A DNA stretch of 64,000 nucleotides from Candidatus Eiseniibacteriota bacterium (GCA_044229145.1 JBGATO010000002.1:32001-96000), one strand, 5' to 3'; counted from the first letter of the stretch, positions 39,566-49,673 are shown. Notes: generated from the sequence alone by a model not told the origin. Translations and numbers: made by a program.

Positions 39566-40728
39566 GCGCGCCGCGCACGCCGGGCCTCGCGTTGCGCAGC
39601 GCCGTCTATCCGCGTTCGCCGCTCGGCGAACACGATGCGCGCATTCCCACCGGCCGCGATGTCGAGTGGGAGCCGCTCGTCGACTACCGCCGCCACGGCG
39701 TCAGCGAGACCACGATCCACGGCGCCGTCGCGTGGGCGCACGGTGACGAGATGATCCACTCGTTCGGCGGCAACGTGTTGTGCTACGGCCGCTCGATGAT
39801 GAAGCCGCTCACGATGAAGGTGTTCACCGACGTGCTCGGGCCGGTGCTGTCACCGAAACAGCGCGCCATCAGCGTCGCCTCGCACAACGGCACCGCGGAA
39901 CACGTCGAAGCCGCGCAGTCGATTCTGCGCGAGGACGAGTGGGGCTTGATGCAGGCGCCGCTCGACGTGCCGCTGGTGCAGTTCGGCCGTCAAGTGCGCC
40001 GCCCGCGCCGCTGGTATCACACGTGCTCCGGCGAACACGCGGCGATTCTGCTCGGCTGCCGCCTGAAGGGCTGGAGCCGTGCCGGCTACACGCTGCCGCA
40101 CCATCCGTTCTTTCAGGCGTATCTCGATGTCCTGCGGCGCTACCTCGGCCCCGACTGGTCGCCGCTGCGCGTGGCGCGCGATGGCTGCGGCCTGCCGACG
40201 GTGTCGAACACGGTGAGCGAGCTTGCGTTGCTGTTCGCCGGTGTTGCCGCGCGCCGCGACGAGGACTGGATCTGGGACGCGATGGTGTCGTTCCCGGACT
40301 TGGTCGGCGGCTTCAATCGACTCGACTCGACGATCCTCAAAGCCTGCGGCGGCCGCGTCATCGCGAAGGAAGGCGCCGACGGCTTGCTCGGTCTCGCGGT
40401 CGAACACGAAGACTTCCCGCGCGGCCTCGGCATCGTGATCAAGATCGCGCACGGCTGGGATCCGCGCGCCACCTGGTACGTCGCGCGCGCGGTGCTCGGG
40501 GTGCTCGGGTTCGAGTTGCGCAATCCGTACCCGCTGCATCGCCAGAAGGCGTTCCTGGTGCCGGGCGTCGTGCCGGAGTCGCTGCTCGCGCGGCTCGAGC
40601 AGATTCCGACCTGGGATGAATGGGATCCCGACCGCGACCGCTGGTATTACGAGTGGGAGCAGTACGACGACGGCTTCGCGTTGTGGAGTGGCGAAGGCGC
40701 ATCCGGCGGCGACGGGAGGACGCCATGA
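39562..40728 (+). CDS. L-asparaginase II (class 3, Ser-Lys)-like amidohydrolase
   Basis: RSMMKP, ASHNG, variant TCSGEH (canonical NCSGKH), DGCG, AKEGADG; GTGA overlap with the LLM. Confidence 0.8.
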   Translation: MSAPRTPGLALRSAVYPRSPLGEHDARIPTGRDVEWEPLVDYRRHGVSETTIHGAVAWAHGDEMIHSFGGNVLCYGRSMMKPLTMKVFTDVLGPVLSPKQRAISVASHNGTAEHVEAAQSILREDEWGLMQAPLDVPLVQFGRQVRRPRRWYHTCSGEHAAILLGCRLKGWSRAGYTLPHHPFFQAYLDVLRRYLGPDWSPLRVARDGCGLPTVSNTVSELALLFAGVAARRDEDWIWDAMVSFPDLVGGFNRLDSTILKACGGRVIAKEGADGLLGLAVEHEDFPRGLGIVIKIAHGWDPRATWYVARAVLGVLGFELRNPYPLHRQKAFLVPGVVPESLLARLEQIPTWDEWDPDRDRWYYEWEQYDDGFALWSGEGASGGDGRTP

Positions 40729-42170
40729 CCGCGACGACGCTGACGCATCACATCGGCGGCACGCGTCGCGCACCGGCCTCCGGTGCCTACATCGACGACA
40801 TCGGCCCGGCCACCGGCGAAGTCATCGCGCGCGTGCCACGCGGCGATGAGGTCGATGTCGACGCCGCGGTGGGCGCCGCACACGACGCGCTGCGCGGCGC
40901 GTGGGGCCGCGCGACGCGCCACGAGCGCGCCGACCTCTGCGACGCCATCGCCGACGCGATCGAAGCGCGGCTCGACGAACTCGCCGAACTCGAGTCGCGC
41001 GACACCGGCAAGCCGGTCGCACTGGCGCGCAGCCTCGACGTGCCGCGCGCGGTCGCCAACTTCCGCTTCTTCGCGGGCGCGGTGCGGCACGATGCCACCG
41101 GCGCGCACGAGATGGACGGCGCGCTCAACTACACGTTGCGTCGCCCGCTCGGCGTGGTCGGCTTGATCACGCCGTGGAATCTGCCGCTCTACTTGTTGTC
41201 GTGGAAGGTGGCGCCGGCGCTGGCATGCGGCAACGCCGTGGTGGCGAAGCCGAGCGAGCTGACGCCGCTGACCGCGAGCGCGCTCGCCGACATCGTGCAG
41301 GAGGTCGGCGCGCCGGCCGGTGCGTTCAACTTGGTGCACGGCCTCGGTGGCGAAGCGGGCCAGGCGCTGGTCGAGCACCCGCGCGTCGCGGCGATCAGCT
41401 TCACCGGCGGCACCGCGACCGGCGCACACGTCGCGCGCACCGCGGCGCCGCAGTTCAAGAAGCTCTCGCTCGAACTCGGCGGCAAGAACCCGACGATCGT
41501 GTTCGCCGATTGCGATTTCGACGCGACCGTCGAAGGCACTGTCCGTGCGGGATTCCTCAATCAAGGCCAAGTGTGTCTGTGTGGCTCGCGCATCCTGGTC
41601 GAACGACCACTCTACGACCGATACGTCGAAGCGTTGATCGCGCGCGTCGGCGCAATGCGCATCGGCGATCCCTCGGATCCCGCCACCGAACTCGGCGCGC
41701 TGGTGAGCGCGGCGCACCGCGAGAAGGTGGAATCGTACATCGCGCTCGCGAAGGCGGAAGGCGGCACCGTGCATGGCGGCGAGCGTCCGTCGTTGCCCGC
41801 GCCGTTCGACCGCGGCGCGTTCGTGCGCCCGGCCGTCGTCACCGGACTTGCACCCGAGTGCCGCACCGCGCAGGAGGAGATCTTCGGCCCGGTGGTCACC
41901 GTGCATCCGTTCGACACCGAGGACGAAGCGATCGCGATCGCCAACGGCGTGCGCTACGGTCTCGCCGCCAACGTGTGGACGAACGATCTCCGCCGTGCGC
42001 ATCGCGTCAGTGCGGCACTCGAGACCGGCATGGTGTGGGTCAACACGTGGCTGTTGCGCGATCTGCGCGTGCCGTTCGGCGGCGTGAAGGACAGCGGCGT
42101 CGGCCGCGAAGGCGGCGTGCACTCGCTCGAGTTCTTCACCGAGTCGCGCAACGTCTGCATCAAGTTGTAA
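40725..42170 (+). CDS. 2-aminomuconate/2-hydroxymuconate semialdehyde dehydrogenase (AmnC/ALDH8A1-like)
   Basis: PWNLPLYLLSWK, LELGGKN, NQGQVCLCGSR, WVNTWLLRDLRVPFGG; ATGA overlap. Confidence 0.88.
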   Translation: MTATTLTHHIGGTRRAPASGAYIDDIGPATGEVIARVPRGDEVDVDAAVGAAHDALRGAWGRATRHERADLCDAIADAIEARLDELAELESRDTGKPVALARSLDVPRAVANFRFFAGAVRHDATGAHEMDGALNYTLRRPLGVVGLITPWNLPLYLLSWKVAPALACGNAVVAKPSELTPLTASALADIVQEVGAPAGAFNLVHGLGGEAGQALVEHPRVAAISFTGGTATGAHVARTAAPQFKKLSLELGGKNPTIVFADCDFDATVEGTVRAGFLNQGQVCLCGSRILVERPLYDRYVEALIARVGAMRIGDPSDPATELGALVSAAHREKVESYIALAKAEGGTVHGGERPSLPAPFDRGAFVRPAVVTGLAPECRTAQEEIFGPVVTVHPFDTEDEAIAIANGVRYGLAANVWTNDLRRAHRVSAALETGMVWVNTWLLRDLRVPFGGVKDSGVGREGGVHSLEFFTESRNVCIKL

Positions 42171-42173
42171 CCG

Positions 42174-43730
42174 CTAGCGTGCGACGCGGACGAGGCGCGT
42201 CGTGGCGCTGACCGCACTGTCGGTGCCGAGTCGCGCGAAGTAGATCCCCGCCGCCAGGCGGGTGTCGGTCCAGCGAACGATCCAGGGCGTCGCGGCATCG
42301 CGATGCTGCCACCGGCGGACGAGCCGGCCCCGCGCGTCGAGGATCGACAGCACGGCGTCGCGTGCCGGCGAGGCGATGCGGAATTCCCAGCCGTTCGCGA
42401 GCTGCCGGGTCTGCACCACGGGCGGCGCTTCGGTGGGCGCGGAGACATCGGCGGGACCCGCGTAGCGAATGCGCCGCAGTTCTCCGCTCGGATTGAGGAA
42501 GTCGGTGAACAAGAGCAGGTAGTAGATCGCGCCATCGGGCCCAACGTCCACCGACGATAGCAGCCACGGCAAGTTGGTCACCTTCGCCCAGTTCACCGAA
42601 TCGGGCTGCCCAGGCTCGCGCGCCACGGTGCCCCACGTGCCGTCGCCGCGATCGCCCAGCATCCGCATCCACCGTTGGAATCCGTCGGCGCACACGTAAC
42701 GGCCTTCGTACGACGCCGGCATCGGGAAGCGCTGGCCGCTGCGTCCGCGGATCACGCCGCCACCGAGCACGGCGGAGCCAGTCGGCGGATTGTGTGCGTA
42801 GACGTAGACGGGAAAGGTGAAGCCCATCGCGGTGTCCGGCTGCACGCACGATTGGCCGTACTGCGTGCGCTGGAAGCCTTCGAAGTACTCCCATCCGAGA
42901 TTCAGCCCGCCGCCGGTCACGCGGTCGATCTCCTCCCACGATTGATCGCCGACGTCGGCGATGAACAGTGCGCCGGTGGCATCGTCCACGTCGAGGCTGA
43001 ACGGATTGCGCACGCCGAGCAGCCACACCAGACGCGTCCACTCGTTCGCACTTGCGACGAACGGATTCGTCGCCGGTGTGATCACCGACTTCGCCGGCGG
43101 GCCGCCCGGCCCATCGGGCAAACCGCTGACATCGAGACGCAGGATCTTGCCGCGCGGATCCGCCAGTGAGGGCGACGTGCACTCCAATGCGTCATTGCCC
43201 GAGCAGACGTAGAGCATGCCGTCGGTGCCGAAGCGCAGACCGCCGCCGTTGTGGACCGCGTACATGTCCGGCATGTCGGCGAGCACGAGGTAACGCGATG
43301 CCGGATCGGCCGTCATCACGCCGTTCCCGCTGAAGGCGACATCGCCCTGTAGCGTATAGCGCGCCAGGCGCATCGTCTGCGCGCCGGAGAACGTGTAGTA
43401 GACGTAGAGATACGGCGCGGCGGGGAAGCGCGGGTCGACGGCGACGCCGAGGAGTCCCTGCTCCCAATCGCCGTAGCGCACGCTGTCGAGTGTCGCCACT
43501 GGCGCGGCGACGAGCGTGTCGCGCACGATCTCTCGCACCTTTCCGCTCGCCGTCTCGGTGATCAGCAGGCGGCCGTCGGGCAGGAATGCCATGCCCGCAG
43601 GGCGGTTCATGCCGCCCCGGGCGAGTGTCTCGTCGAGGAAGCCGGTGGGCAGCAGCACGGTCTGCGCGCGCGCGGACACCGCAGTGCAGACGAGGACGCA
43701 GACGAGGACGACGAGACGTGGGACGCGCAT
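42174..43730 (-). CDS. PQQ-dependent sugar dehydrogenase (GSDH-type propeller) with T9SS-like C-terminal domain
   Basis: EQGLLG.AVDP, HNGGGL.FG.DG.LY, GKILR, GVRNPF, DVG...WEEI; signal peptide. Confidence 0.85.
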   Translation of the reverse strand: MRVPRLVVLVCVLVCTAVSARAQTVLLPTGFLDETLARGGMNRPAGMAFLPDGRLLITETASGKVREIVRDTLVAAPVATLDSVRYGDWEQGLLGVAVDPRFPAAPYLYVYYTFSGAQTMRLARYTLQGDVAFSGNGVMTADPASRYLVLADMPDMYAVHNGGGLRFGTDGMLYVCSGNDALECTSPSLADPRGKILRLDVSGLPDGPGGPPAKSVITPATNPFVASANEWTRLVWLLGVRNPFSLDVDDATGALFIADVGDQSWEEIDRVTGGGLNLGWEYFEGFQRTQYGQSCVQPDTAMGFTFPVYVYAHNPPTGSAVLGGGVIRGRSGQRFPMPASYEGRYVCADGFQRWMRMLGDRGDGTWGTVAREPGQPDSVNWAKVTNLPWLLSSVDVGPDGAIYYLLLFTDFLNPSGELRRIRYAGPADVSAPTEAPPVVQTRQLANGWEFRIASPARDAVLSILDARGRLVRRWQHRDAATPWIVRWTDTRLAAGIYFARLGTDSAVSATTRLVRVAR

Positions 43731-43825
43731 CGGGAACCCCGGGCAGTGAGGAGGCGGCAGGCGGCGGGAGAGTCCAAGCGTAGACGACCGCGCCGCGCCG
43801 GGGAAGCGGGGAGTGCGTCCGGCGC

Positions 43826-45544
43826 CTAGCGCTCCGGTCGCGCGCCGGACGCTGCGATCGACTCTTCGCCGCGTGCCACCGCCTCGGCGAGCGTCCCGAC
43901 GACGTTGTCGAGTCCGATGTCGACGAGCAGCCCCGCCTTCTCCAACGCGAACATGGGTTGCGCGTGGACGCCGGCGAGCACCAGCAGGGTGCGGTCGCGC
44001 CGGCACTGGCGCAACAGTTCGACGATCGCGTGCAGGCCCGAGGCGTCGATCGCCAACACGTCGCGCACCAGAAGGATCAGCACCTTCGGCTTCTTCTCGA
44101 TGGCGCGCAGCGCATCGTTGAACTGGCTGACCGCCCCGAAGAACAGCGCACCATGCACCTCGAACACTTCGACGCCGCGCGGGATGCGCATGCCGGCGCG
44201 GCCGTCGCCCGCGCCCTCGTGCAGCAGACCGGTGACGACACTCGACTGCGAGAGCGTCGCCATCCGCATCATGAACAGCAGCGCGGCGAGGACCATGCCG
44301 ACGCCGAGCGCGGTGGTGAGGTCGACGACGATCGTCAGGGTGAACGTGGCGAGCAGCACACCGACGTCGCTGCGCGGGCCGCGGAACATGCGCAGGAAAC
44401 TCCGCCACTCGCTCATGTTGTACGCGACGACGAGCAGGATGCCGCTGAGCGCGGCGATCGGCACGTGGCCGGCGAGCGGTCCGGCGGCGAGCAGGATGAC
44501 CAGCAGCACGACCGCGTGGACCATCCCCGCGATCGGCGATGTCGCGCCGTTCTTGATATTCGTCGCGGTGCGCGCGATGGCGCCGGTCGCCGGAATGCCG
44601 CCGAAAACCGGCGACGCGATATTGGCGATGCCTTGCGCGACGAGCTCCGCGTTGGAGCGGTGACGTCCGCCGGTCATGCCATCCGCGACGACCGCCGACA
44701 ACAGCGATTCGATGGCCGCGAGCAGCGCGATGGTGAAGGCGACCGGTGCGAGCTGGCGCAGCATCGTCCACGGCACGTGTGGCAAGCTCGGCGTCGGGAG
44801 CGTCGATGGGACGCCGCCGAAGCGCTGCGCGATGGTCTCGGCCGGCACGTGGAAGAGCGCGGTGACGAGCGTGGCGGCGACCACGGCGACGAGCGGACCC
44901 GGGACCCGCCGCGACACGCGCGGCCACAGCACCGTGATGAGGAGCGCGCCGGCCGCGACGGCGCACGACGCCGGCGTCCACGAGCCGAGGGCCCGCGCGT
45001 CCGCCGCGAGCTGCCCGAGCACGTCGGCGCCTGCGGCCGCCGGATGCACCCCGAGGAAATCCTTCACCTGCCCGCCGGCGATGATGACGGCGATTCCCGC
45101 CGTGAAGCCGACGGTCAGCGGGTAGGGCACGAACTTGATGACATCGCCCATCCGCGCGATCCCCATGACCACGAGGATGACGCCGGCCATGAGCGTCGCG
45201 ACCGCGAGTCCCGCGTACCCGAACTGGTGCACCGTCGCGGCCACCGTGACGATGAAGGCACCGGTCGGTCCGCCGATTTGCACCGTGCTCCCGCCGAGCG
45301 CGGAGATCAGGAAGCCGGCGACGATCGCCGTGAACAAGCCCTGCTCGGGCTTGACCCCCGAGGCGATGGCGAAGGCGATGGCGAGCGGCAATGCCACGAC
45401 ACCGACCGTGAGACCCGCCTGGATGTCGCGCACCGCGCGGCCGGCCGAATAGCCGCGCAGCGTGGTGGCGAGCATCGGGCGCTCGACGTCCCACCAATGG
45501 CGGGAGTCTGCTGTGCGCGAAGCGCGGACCGAGGGACCGGACAT
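43826..45544 (-). CDS. SulP family anion transporter with STAS domain
   Basis: AG.TVG.VALPLA.AFAIASG, QIGGPTGAF, ESLLSAVVADG, TGAIART, IDASG. Confidence 0.93.
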   Translation of the reverse strand: MSGPSVRASRTADSRHWWDVERPMLATTLRGYSAGRAVRDIQAGLTVGVVALPLAIAFAIASGVKPEQGLFTAIVAGFLISALGGSTVQIGGPTGAFIVTVAATVHQFGYAGLAVATLMAGVILVVMGIARMGDVIKFVPYPLTVGFTAGIAVIIAGGQVKDFLGVHPAAAGADVLGQLAADARALGSWTPASCAVAAGALLITVLWPRVSRRVPGPLVAVVAATLVTALFHVPAETIAQRFGGVPSTLPTPSLPHVPWTMLRQLAPVAFTIALLAAIESLLSAVVADGMTGGRHRSNAELVAQGIANIASPVFGGIPATGAIARTATNIKNGATSPIAGMVHAVVLLVILLAAGPLAGHVPIAALSGILLVVAYNMSEWRSFLRMFRGPRSDVGVLLATFTLTIVVDLTTALGVGMVLAALLFMMRMATLSQSSVVTGLLHEGAGDGRAGMRIPRGVEVFEVHGALFFGAVSQFNDALRAIEKKPKVLILLVRDVLAIDASGLHAIVELLRQCRRDRTLLVLAGVHAQPMFALEKAGLLVDIGLDNVVGTLAEAVARGEESIAASGARPER

Positions 45545-45853
45545 GTCGCCTCCACTCCTACACCTGGAGAGCGGCGACCGCAAGCACGGGGAGGTGCGCC
45601 ATTCATCCGTCTGCGCGATACGCGTCACGGTCGCACGGTGCGGCCCACTCGCATCAATGCTCGCTTGTGCATGGCGCTGCCGTTTGCCGTGCGGTGCCGT
45701 GGCCGGCAACGATGCACGGGTAGCGAGTGGTTGCATCCTCCCTGGCTTCTCCGCACAATTGTCCTCGTCGCCGCCAACGACTGCCCGCCTGGTGCGACAG
45801 AGTTCGCGTCCCTGCTCCCCCAGCCCCTCTCTCATTCCGGAGGATGCGATTCC

Positions 45854-48652
45854 ATGCGCTCGACGTCCTGCGCACCGCGTCTCGTGACGTGGTGCCTCCC
45901 TCTGCTTGCCCTCGTCCCCCTCGCCTCCGCGAGCGGGGCTACACGCACCGGTTCCGTCCCTCGTGCCGCAATCTCGCGCGATCCCGACAATCGCCTGGCG
46001 GCCAGCCGCGTGTGGCGCGGTTTTCCAGGCGCCACGGTGGCCGCCGGCGACATCGCCGCGTCTGCCACCGACGGGTCGATGTCGACCGCCGTCACGATGC
46101 CGGCCGGCGAAGCGCTCGAATTCCAGTTCATCGGCGCCCCCCGCTGGCTCAGCGAGATCACGGTGCAGACGGATGCGCCCCTGTGGCGGGTGGACGTGCG
46201 CGGACTCGACGGCCAGTGGACGACGTTCGGCGCTGGCTCCTCGCACGGTGTCGAGCAGCCGGTGACGTTGACGGGCGAGGCGGTGCAGGCAGTCGGAGTG
46301 CGCTTCGTGCCCGCCGCCGCAGCACCGTCGGCTCCGGCCGTGCGGCTGGCGGAGATCGCCGCGCACTTCCGGTATCACGATCCCGATGACGCCGGCCGTG
46401 CCGCAGCGGGTAACACCTATCACTCAGATTGGGTGAATCACTATTCCGGCGACACCAACGACCTGAGCAAATGCGACGACGACTCGCGTGATCTGCGCGA
46501 CGCCCTGCAGAACCACAGTTGGACGACGTGGGAACACACCGAGACGAACGCGCACGAAGCGCACTTCAAGTCGACCATCATCGGGACAGGCGACAACAAC
46601 GATCACGCGGACAACGCGGATCTTGCGTACTTCTCCGGCCATGGCTCGAGCGGCACCGTCGATCCGGTGTATACCGGGACCGCGTTGGGCTCGATGCTGT
46701 TCGACGACGAAACACACGATGACGCCACGCTGGTGCCGAGCGACATGGACGATTCGTGGGGCAACGGCGAGATGGAGTGGCTGATCTCCACGTCCTGCCG
46801 CACCCTGCGCGGCGAAGGGCGCCCGTACTGGAAGTGGGGCATGGAAGGCGTGCATCTGCTCTGCGGCTCGGAATCGTCGATCGCCGACCAGTCGTATGGA
46901 GACGTTCTCGGCGACGAGTTGATCGACAACGGCATCTTCGACAGCCCGATCACCGTGAAGCAGGCGTGGTTCGACGCGATGGAGGAGTGGAACGGCGGGC
47001 ACGACGTGGCGGTCGTGCAGGGCGAAACATCGGTGATGGGCACCGATTTCATCTGGGGCGAAGGGTCCGTTTCCGCAGATCCTGTCGTCGACAACACCTC
47101 ATTCGTCTGGCTCTACGATGTGGGAGCCACTGCGCCGTCGCGCGGCCAGCTCCCGGCGGTGCCGCGCCTGCACGATCCCGTGCGAATCCGCGCGGCCGGC
47201 CGTGCCGCCTGGACGGTGCGTCTCGAACGTGCCGAACTCGAGCGCCCAGCGGCGGCGCAGATGCCGGTGTGGAACGTGGTGCCGCGCATGGTCGATTCGG
47301 TGTACGTGCGCAACCTGTCCAACCAGGTGTGCGGCGTGTACGGCCAGCTGTGCGCCACCGACATCGGGATCGGCGCGCCGAATGAATACACCAGTGTCCA
47401 GGGGCCCTACCAACTGCGCGTGCGCACCGAGACCGGCGGCCTCTCGCTGACCGACGTGTCGAATTGGATGTCGGTGCGGGCGATTCCGCCGCAGCTGCTC
47501 ACCGGACAGGCGGCGCTCACTCAGGCGGATCAAATCCTCACGCAGTTGAATTTCAGGCCGGCGGATGCGACCGCCACAGGGGTGTCCTACCTCTGGCAGC
47601 GCGGCGAGAGCGCCACCGGACCCGGCTCGCTGGCGGCCGGGGACACCAGCTTTGCGATCGCCACGAAGGTGACGTTTACGCGGCGGGTCGGCAGCGGCGA
47701 AGGCTATCCGGTCTTCGGCCCGGGCGCCTCGATCTCCGTCACCATGGGGCACAATGGGGCGCTTCAGCGGATCTTCGGCCGCGGGTGGCGGCAACTGTCG
47801 CAGGGTGCCCAGGCGACGATTCTCCCGCTCAGCACACTGCTGCCGTCGCTCTCGGCGCTCGGCAACGGCGCCTTGCTCGACCCGGTGCGGCAGCCGATCG
47901 ACAGCCTGGTGATCACCAATTGGGAGCTCGGCTACTTCGAACCGGGATGCCGGGAAGCGGTGAACTCGTTGCGCCCCACGTACCGGCTGCACTGCATCTG
48001 CTACGAAGGCACGACCACGTTCGCCGCGGACTTCTCGATGTACGCGGACGCGCTGCCGCTCAACGCGACCATTCTCACGCCCGTGGAGGACTTCACGATT
48101 CCGCCGGGCGGCAGTGTCTGCTTCAACGGATCGGCCAACGGCGGCACTTCGCCGTACAGCGCGGAGTGGGTGCACGACGACGGCGAGATCTTCAGTGGCT
48201 GGATGTGGTGCCGCACGCTCGGCATGCCGGCCGACCCGCACTCGAACCAGGACAGCGTCCGCACCATGACGCTCCGGGTCACCGACAGCCGCGGCGCGGT
48301 CGCGGAGGCGAAAGTCCACGTCCGTCTGGCGACGGTGACTGCGGCGGATCTCGGCACGGGCGCCCAGGCCGGCGACGGCTTCCAATCCGTGCCGTCCGTG
48401 CTGCGGGATGGCGCCACGCTCGGCTTCCGGGTGCCGGACGGCGGCGGACGCGGGCCGGTTTCGCTGCGTCTCGTCGACCCTTCGGGGCGCATCGTGCGGA
48501 CTCTCTTCGAGGGACACCCGGGCGACGGCGCGACGACTGTCCGCTGGAGCCGGTCGGACGCGACGGGAGGGAAGCTCGCGGCGGGCGTGTACTGGCTCAT
48601 TCTCGACGCGCCCGCGCTCCACCAATCGCGGCGCATCATCGTCGTCGACTAA
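45854..48652 (+). CDS. Secreted multidomain protein with DUF6345-like domain, PKD-like domain and FlgD-Ig/T9SS-like C-terminus
   Basis: Signal peptide; D.ADLAYFSGHG...WG....EW....SC..L...W....G.H..CG; C-terminal DPSGRIVRTL...GVYW; GGAGG SD. Confidence 0.7.
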   Translation: MRSTSCAPRLVTWCLPLLALVPLASASGATRTGSVPRAAISRDPDNRLAASRVWRGFPGATVAAGDIAASATDGSMSTAVTMPAGEALEFQFIGAPRWLSEITVQTDAPLWRVDVRGLDGQWTTFGAGSSHGVEQPVTLTGEAVQAVGVRFVPAAAAPSAPAVRLAEIAAHFRYHDPDDAGRAAAGNTYHSDWVNHYSGDTNDLSKCDDDSRDLRDALQNHSWTTWEHTETNAHEAHFKSTIIGTGDNNDHADNADLAYFSGHGSSGTVDPVYTGTALGSMLFDDETHDDATLVPSDMDDSWGNGEMEWLISTSCRTLRGEGRPYWKWGMEGVHLLCGSESSIADQSYGDVLGDELIDNGIFDSPITVKQAWFDAMEEWNGGHDVAVVQGETSVMGTDFIWGEGSVSADPVVDNTSFVWLYDVGATAPSRGQLPAVPRLHDPVRIRAAGRAAWTVRLERAELERPAAAQMPVWNVVPRMVDSVYVRNLSNQVCGVYGQLCATDIGIGAPNEYTSVQGPYQLRVRTETGGLSLTDVSNWMSVRAIPPQLLTGQAALTQADQILTQLNFRPADATATGVSYLWQRGESATGPGSLAAGDTSFAIATKVTFTRRVGSGEGYPVFGPGASISVTMGHNGALQRIFGRGWRQLSQGAQATILPLSTLLPSLSALGNGALLDPVRQPIDSLVITNWELGYFEPGCREAVNSLRPTYRLHCICYEGTTTFAADFSMYADALPLNATILTPVEDFTIPPGGSVCFNGSANGGTSPYSAEWVHDDGEIFSGWMWCRTLGMPADPHSNQDSVRTMTLRVTDSRGAVAEAKVHVRLATVTAADLGTGAQAGDGFQSVPSVLRDGATLGFRVPDGGGRGPVSLRLVDPSGRIVRTLFEGHPGDGATTVRWSRSDATGGKLAAGVYWLILDAPALHQSRRIIVVD

Positions 48653-48670
48653 GCGGGACGAGATTTACGG

Positions 48671-48703
48671 CGGCCCCGCCAGGCTCGGCGCCTGGCGGGG
48701 CTG
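48671..48703 (+). terminator. Terminator-like hairpin
   Basis: GCCCCGCCAGGC...GCCTGGCGGGGC after stop 48652. Confidence 0.55.
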
Positions 48704-48761
48704 TCTGCTACACTGCCGCGCGATTCGTCCCCGTCTTCGTCGATCCAGGAGAGTCGCCCGC

Positions 48762-49673
48762 ATGTCCGGCCCCGGTCGCATCGTCGGTGGCGCCATCGCG
48801 CCGCATCCGCCGCACCTCGTGTACGCCGAGAACCCACCGCAAAACGAGCCGCGCGCCGAGTGCGGGTGGGAGACGCTGCGGTGGGGCTACGAGCGGCTGC
48901 GCGCCAACCTCGCCCGCAAGGACTACGATGTCCTGATCGTGCACTCCCCGCACTGGCGCACCGTCGTTGGTCATCACTTTCTCGGCGTGCCGCACTTCAG
49001 CGGCTTGAGCGTCGATCCAATCTTTCCGAACTTGTTCCGCTATCACTTCGAACTCGACGTCGATGTCGCACTCGCCGAGGCGATCCACGACGAAGCGCGC
49101 GACGCCGGCCTGGTCACGAAGATGATGCGCAATCCGCACTTCCGCATCGACTACGGCACCATCGCCTCGTGCCACCTGACGAATCCGGCGTGGGACAAGC
49201 CGATCGTCGGCATCTCATCGAACGCGGCATTCTTCTATTACTCGAACGAGGTCGGGCAAGAGCAAATGCTGGCACTCGGCGAGGCGACGCGCCGCGCGGT
49301 GGAGAAGTCGGGCAAGCGCGCGATCGTGCTCGCGAGCAATTCGCTCAGTCACCGCCACTTCACGAGCGAGCCGCCGATTCCGGAGGACATGTCGCACGAG
49401 CACATCTACCACCACGGCCAATACCTGTGGGACATGCACGTGCTCGACTTGCTGCGCCGCGGCCGCGCGCGCGAGTTCCTCGACGAGATGCCGGACTTCA
49501 CCGATCAAGCCGAGAGCGAGACCAAGGCGGGCTCGACGAGCTGGCTGATCGCGGCGCTCGGGTATCCCGAGTATCCGGCGGAGGTGCACGGCTACGGCAC
49601 GGTGATCGGCACCGGCAACGCGATCGTCGAGTGGGACCCCGAACGCGCCGCGGTCGCGGGAGGTGCGCGATGA
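48762..49673 (+). CDS. amnB: 2-aminophenol 1,6-dioxygenase beta (catalytic) subunit
   Basis: APHPPHLVY.ENPPQNEPR, HSPHW, SVDPIFPN.FRY, DYGT, LSH.HF, PEDMS.E, GYGTVIGTGNA match AmnB/CnbCb as I recall them. Confidence 0.9.
   Translation: MSGPGRIVGGAIAPHPPHLVYAENPPQNEPRAECGWETLRWGYERLRANLARKDYDVLIVHSPHWRTVVGHHFLGVPHFSGLSVDPIFPNLFRYHFELDVDVALAEAIHDEARDAGLVTKMMRNPHFRIDYGTIASCHLTNPAWDKPIVGISSNAAFFYYSNEVGQEQMLALGEATRRAVEKSGKRAIVLASNSLSHRHFTSEPPIPEDMSHEHIYHHGQYLWDMHVLDLLRRGRAREFLDEMPDFTDQAESETKAGSTSWLIAALGYPEYPAEVHGYGTVIGTGNAIVEWDPERAAVAGGAR

Noticed and set aside
43686..43712. Short tandem repeat GCAGACGAGGAC
   Set aside because: Two copies encoding VLVC in a signal peptide; too short to suggest phase variation or CRISPR.
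43958..45853. Apparent 1564-aa and 1107-aa giant ORFs overlapping sulP
   Set aside because: The N-terminal extensions are off-frame or antisense to sulP. Real starts with signal peptides are at 45854 and 43730.
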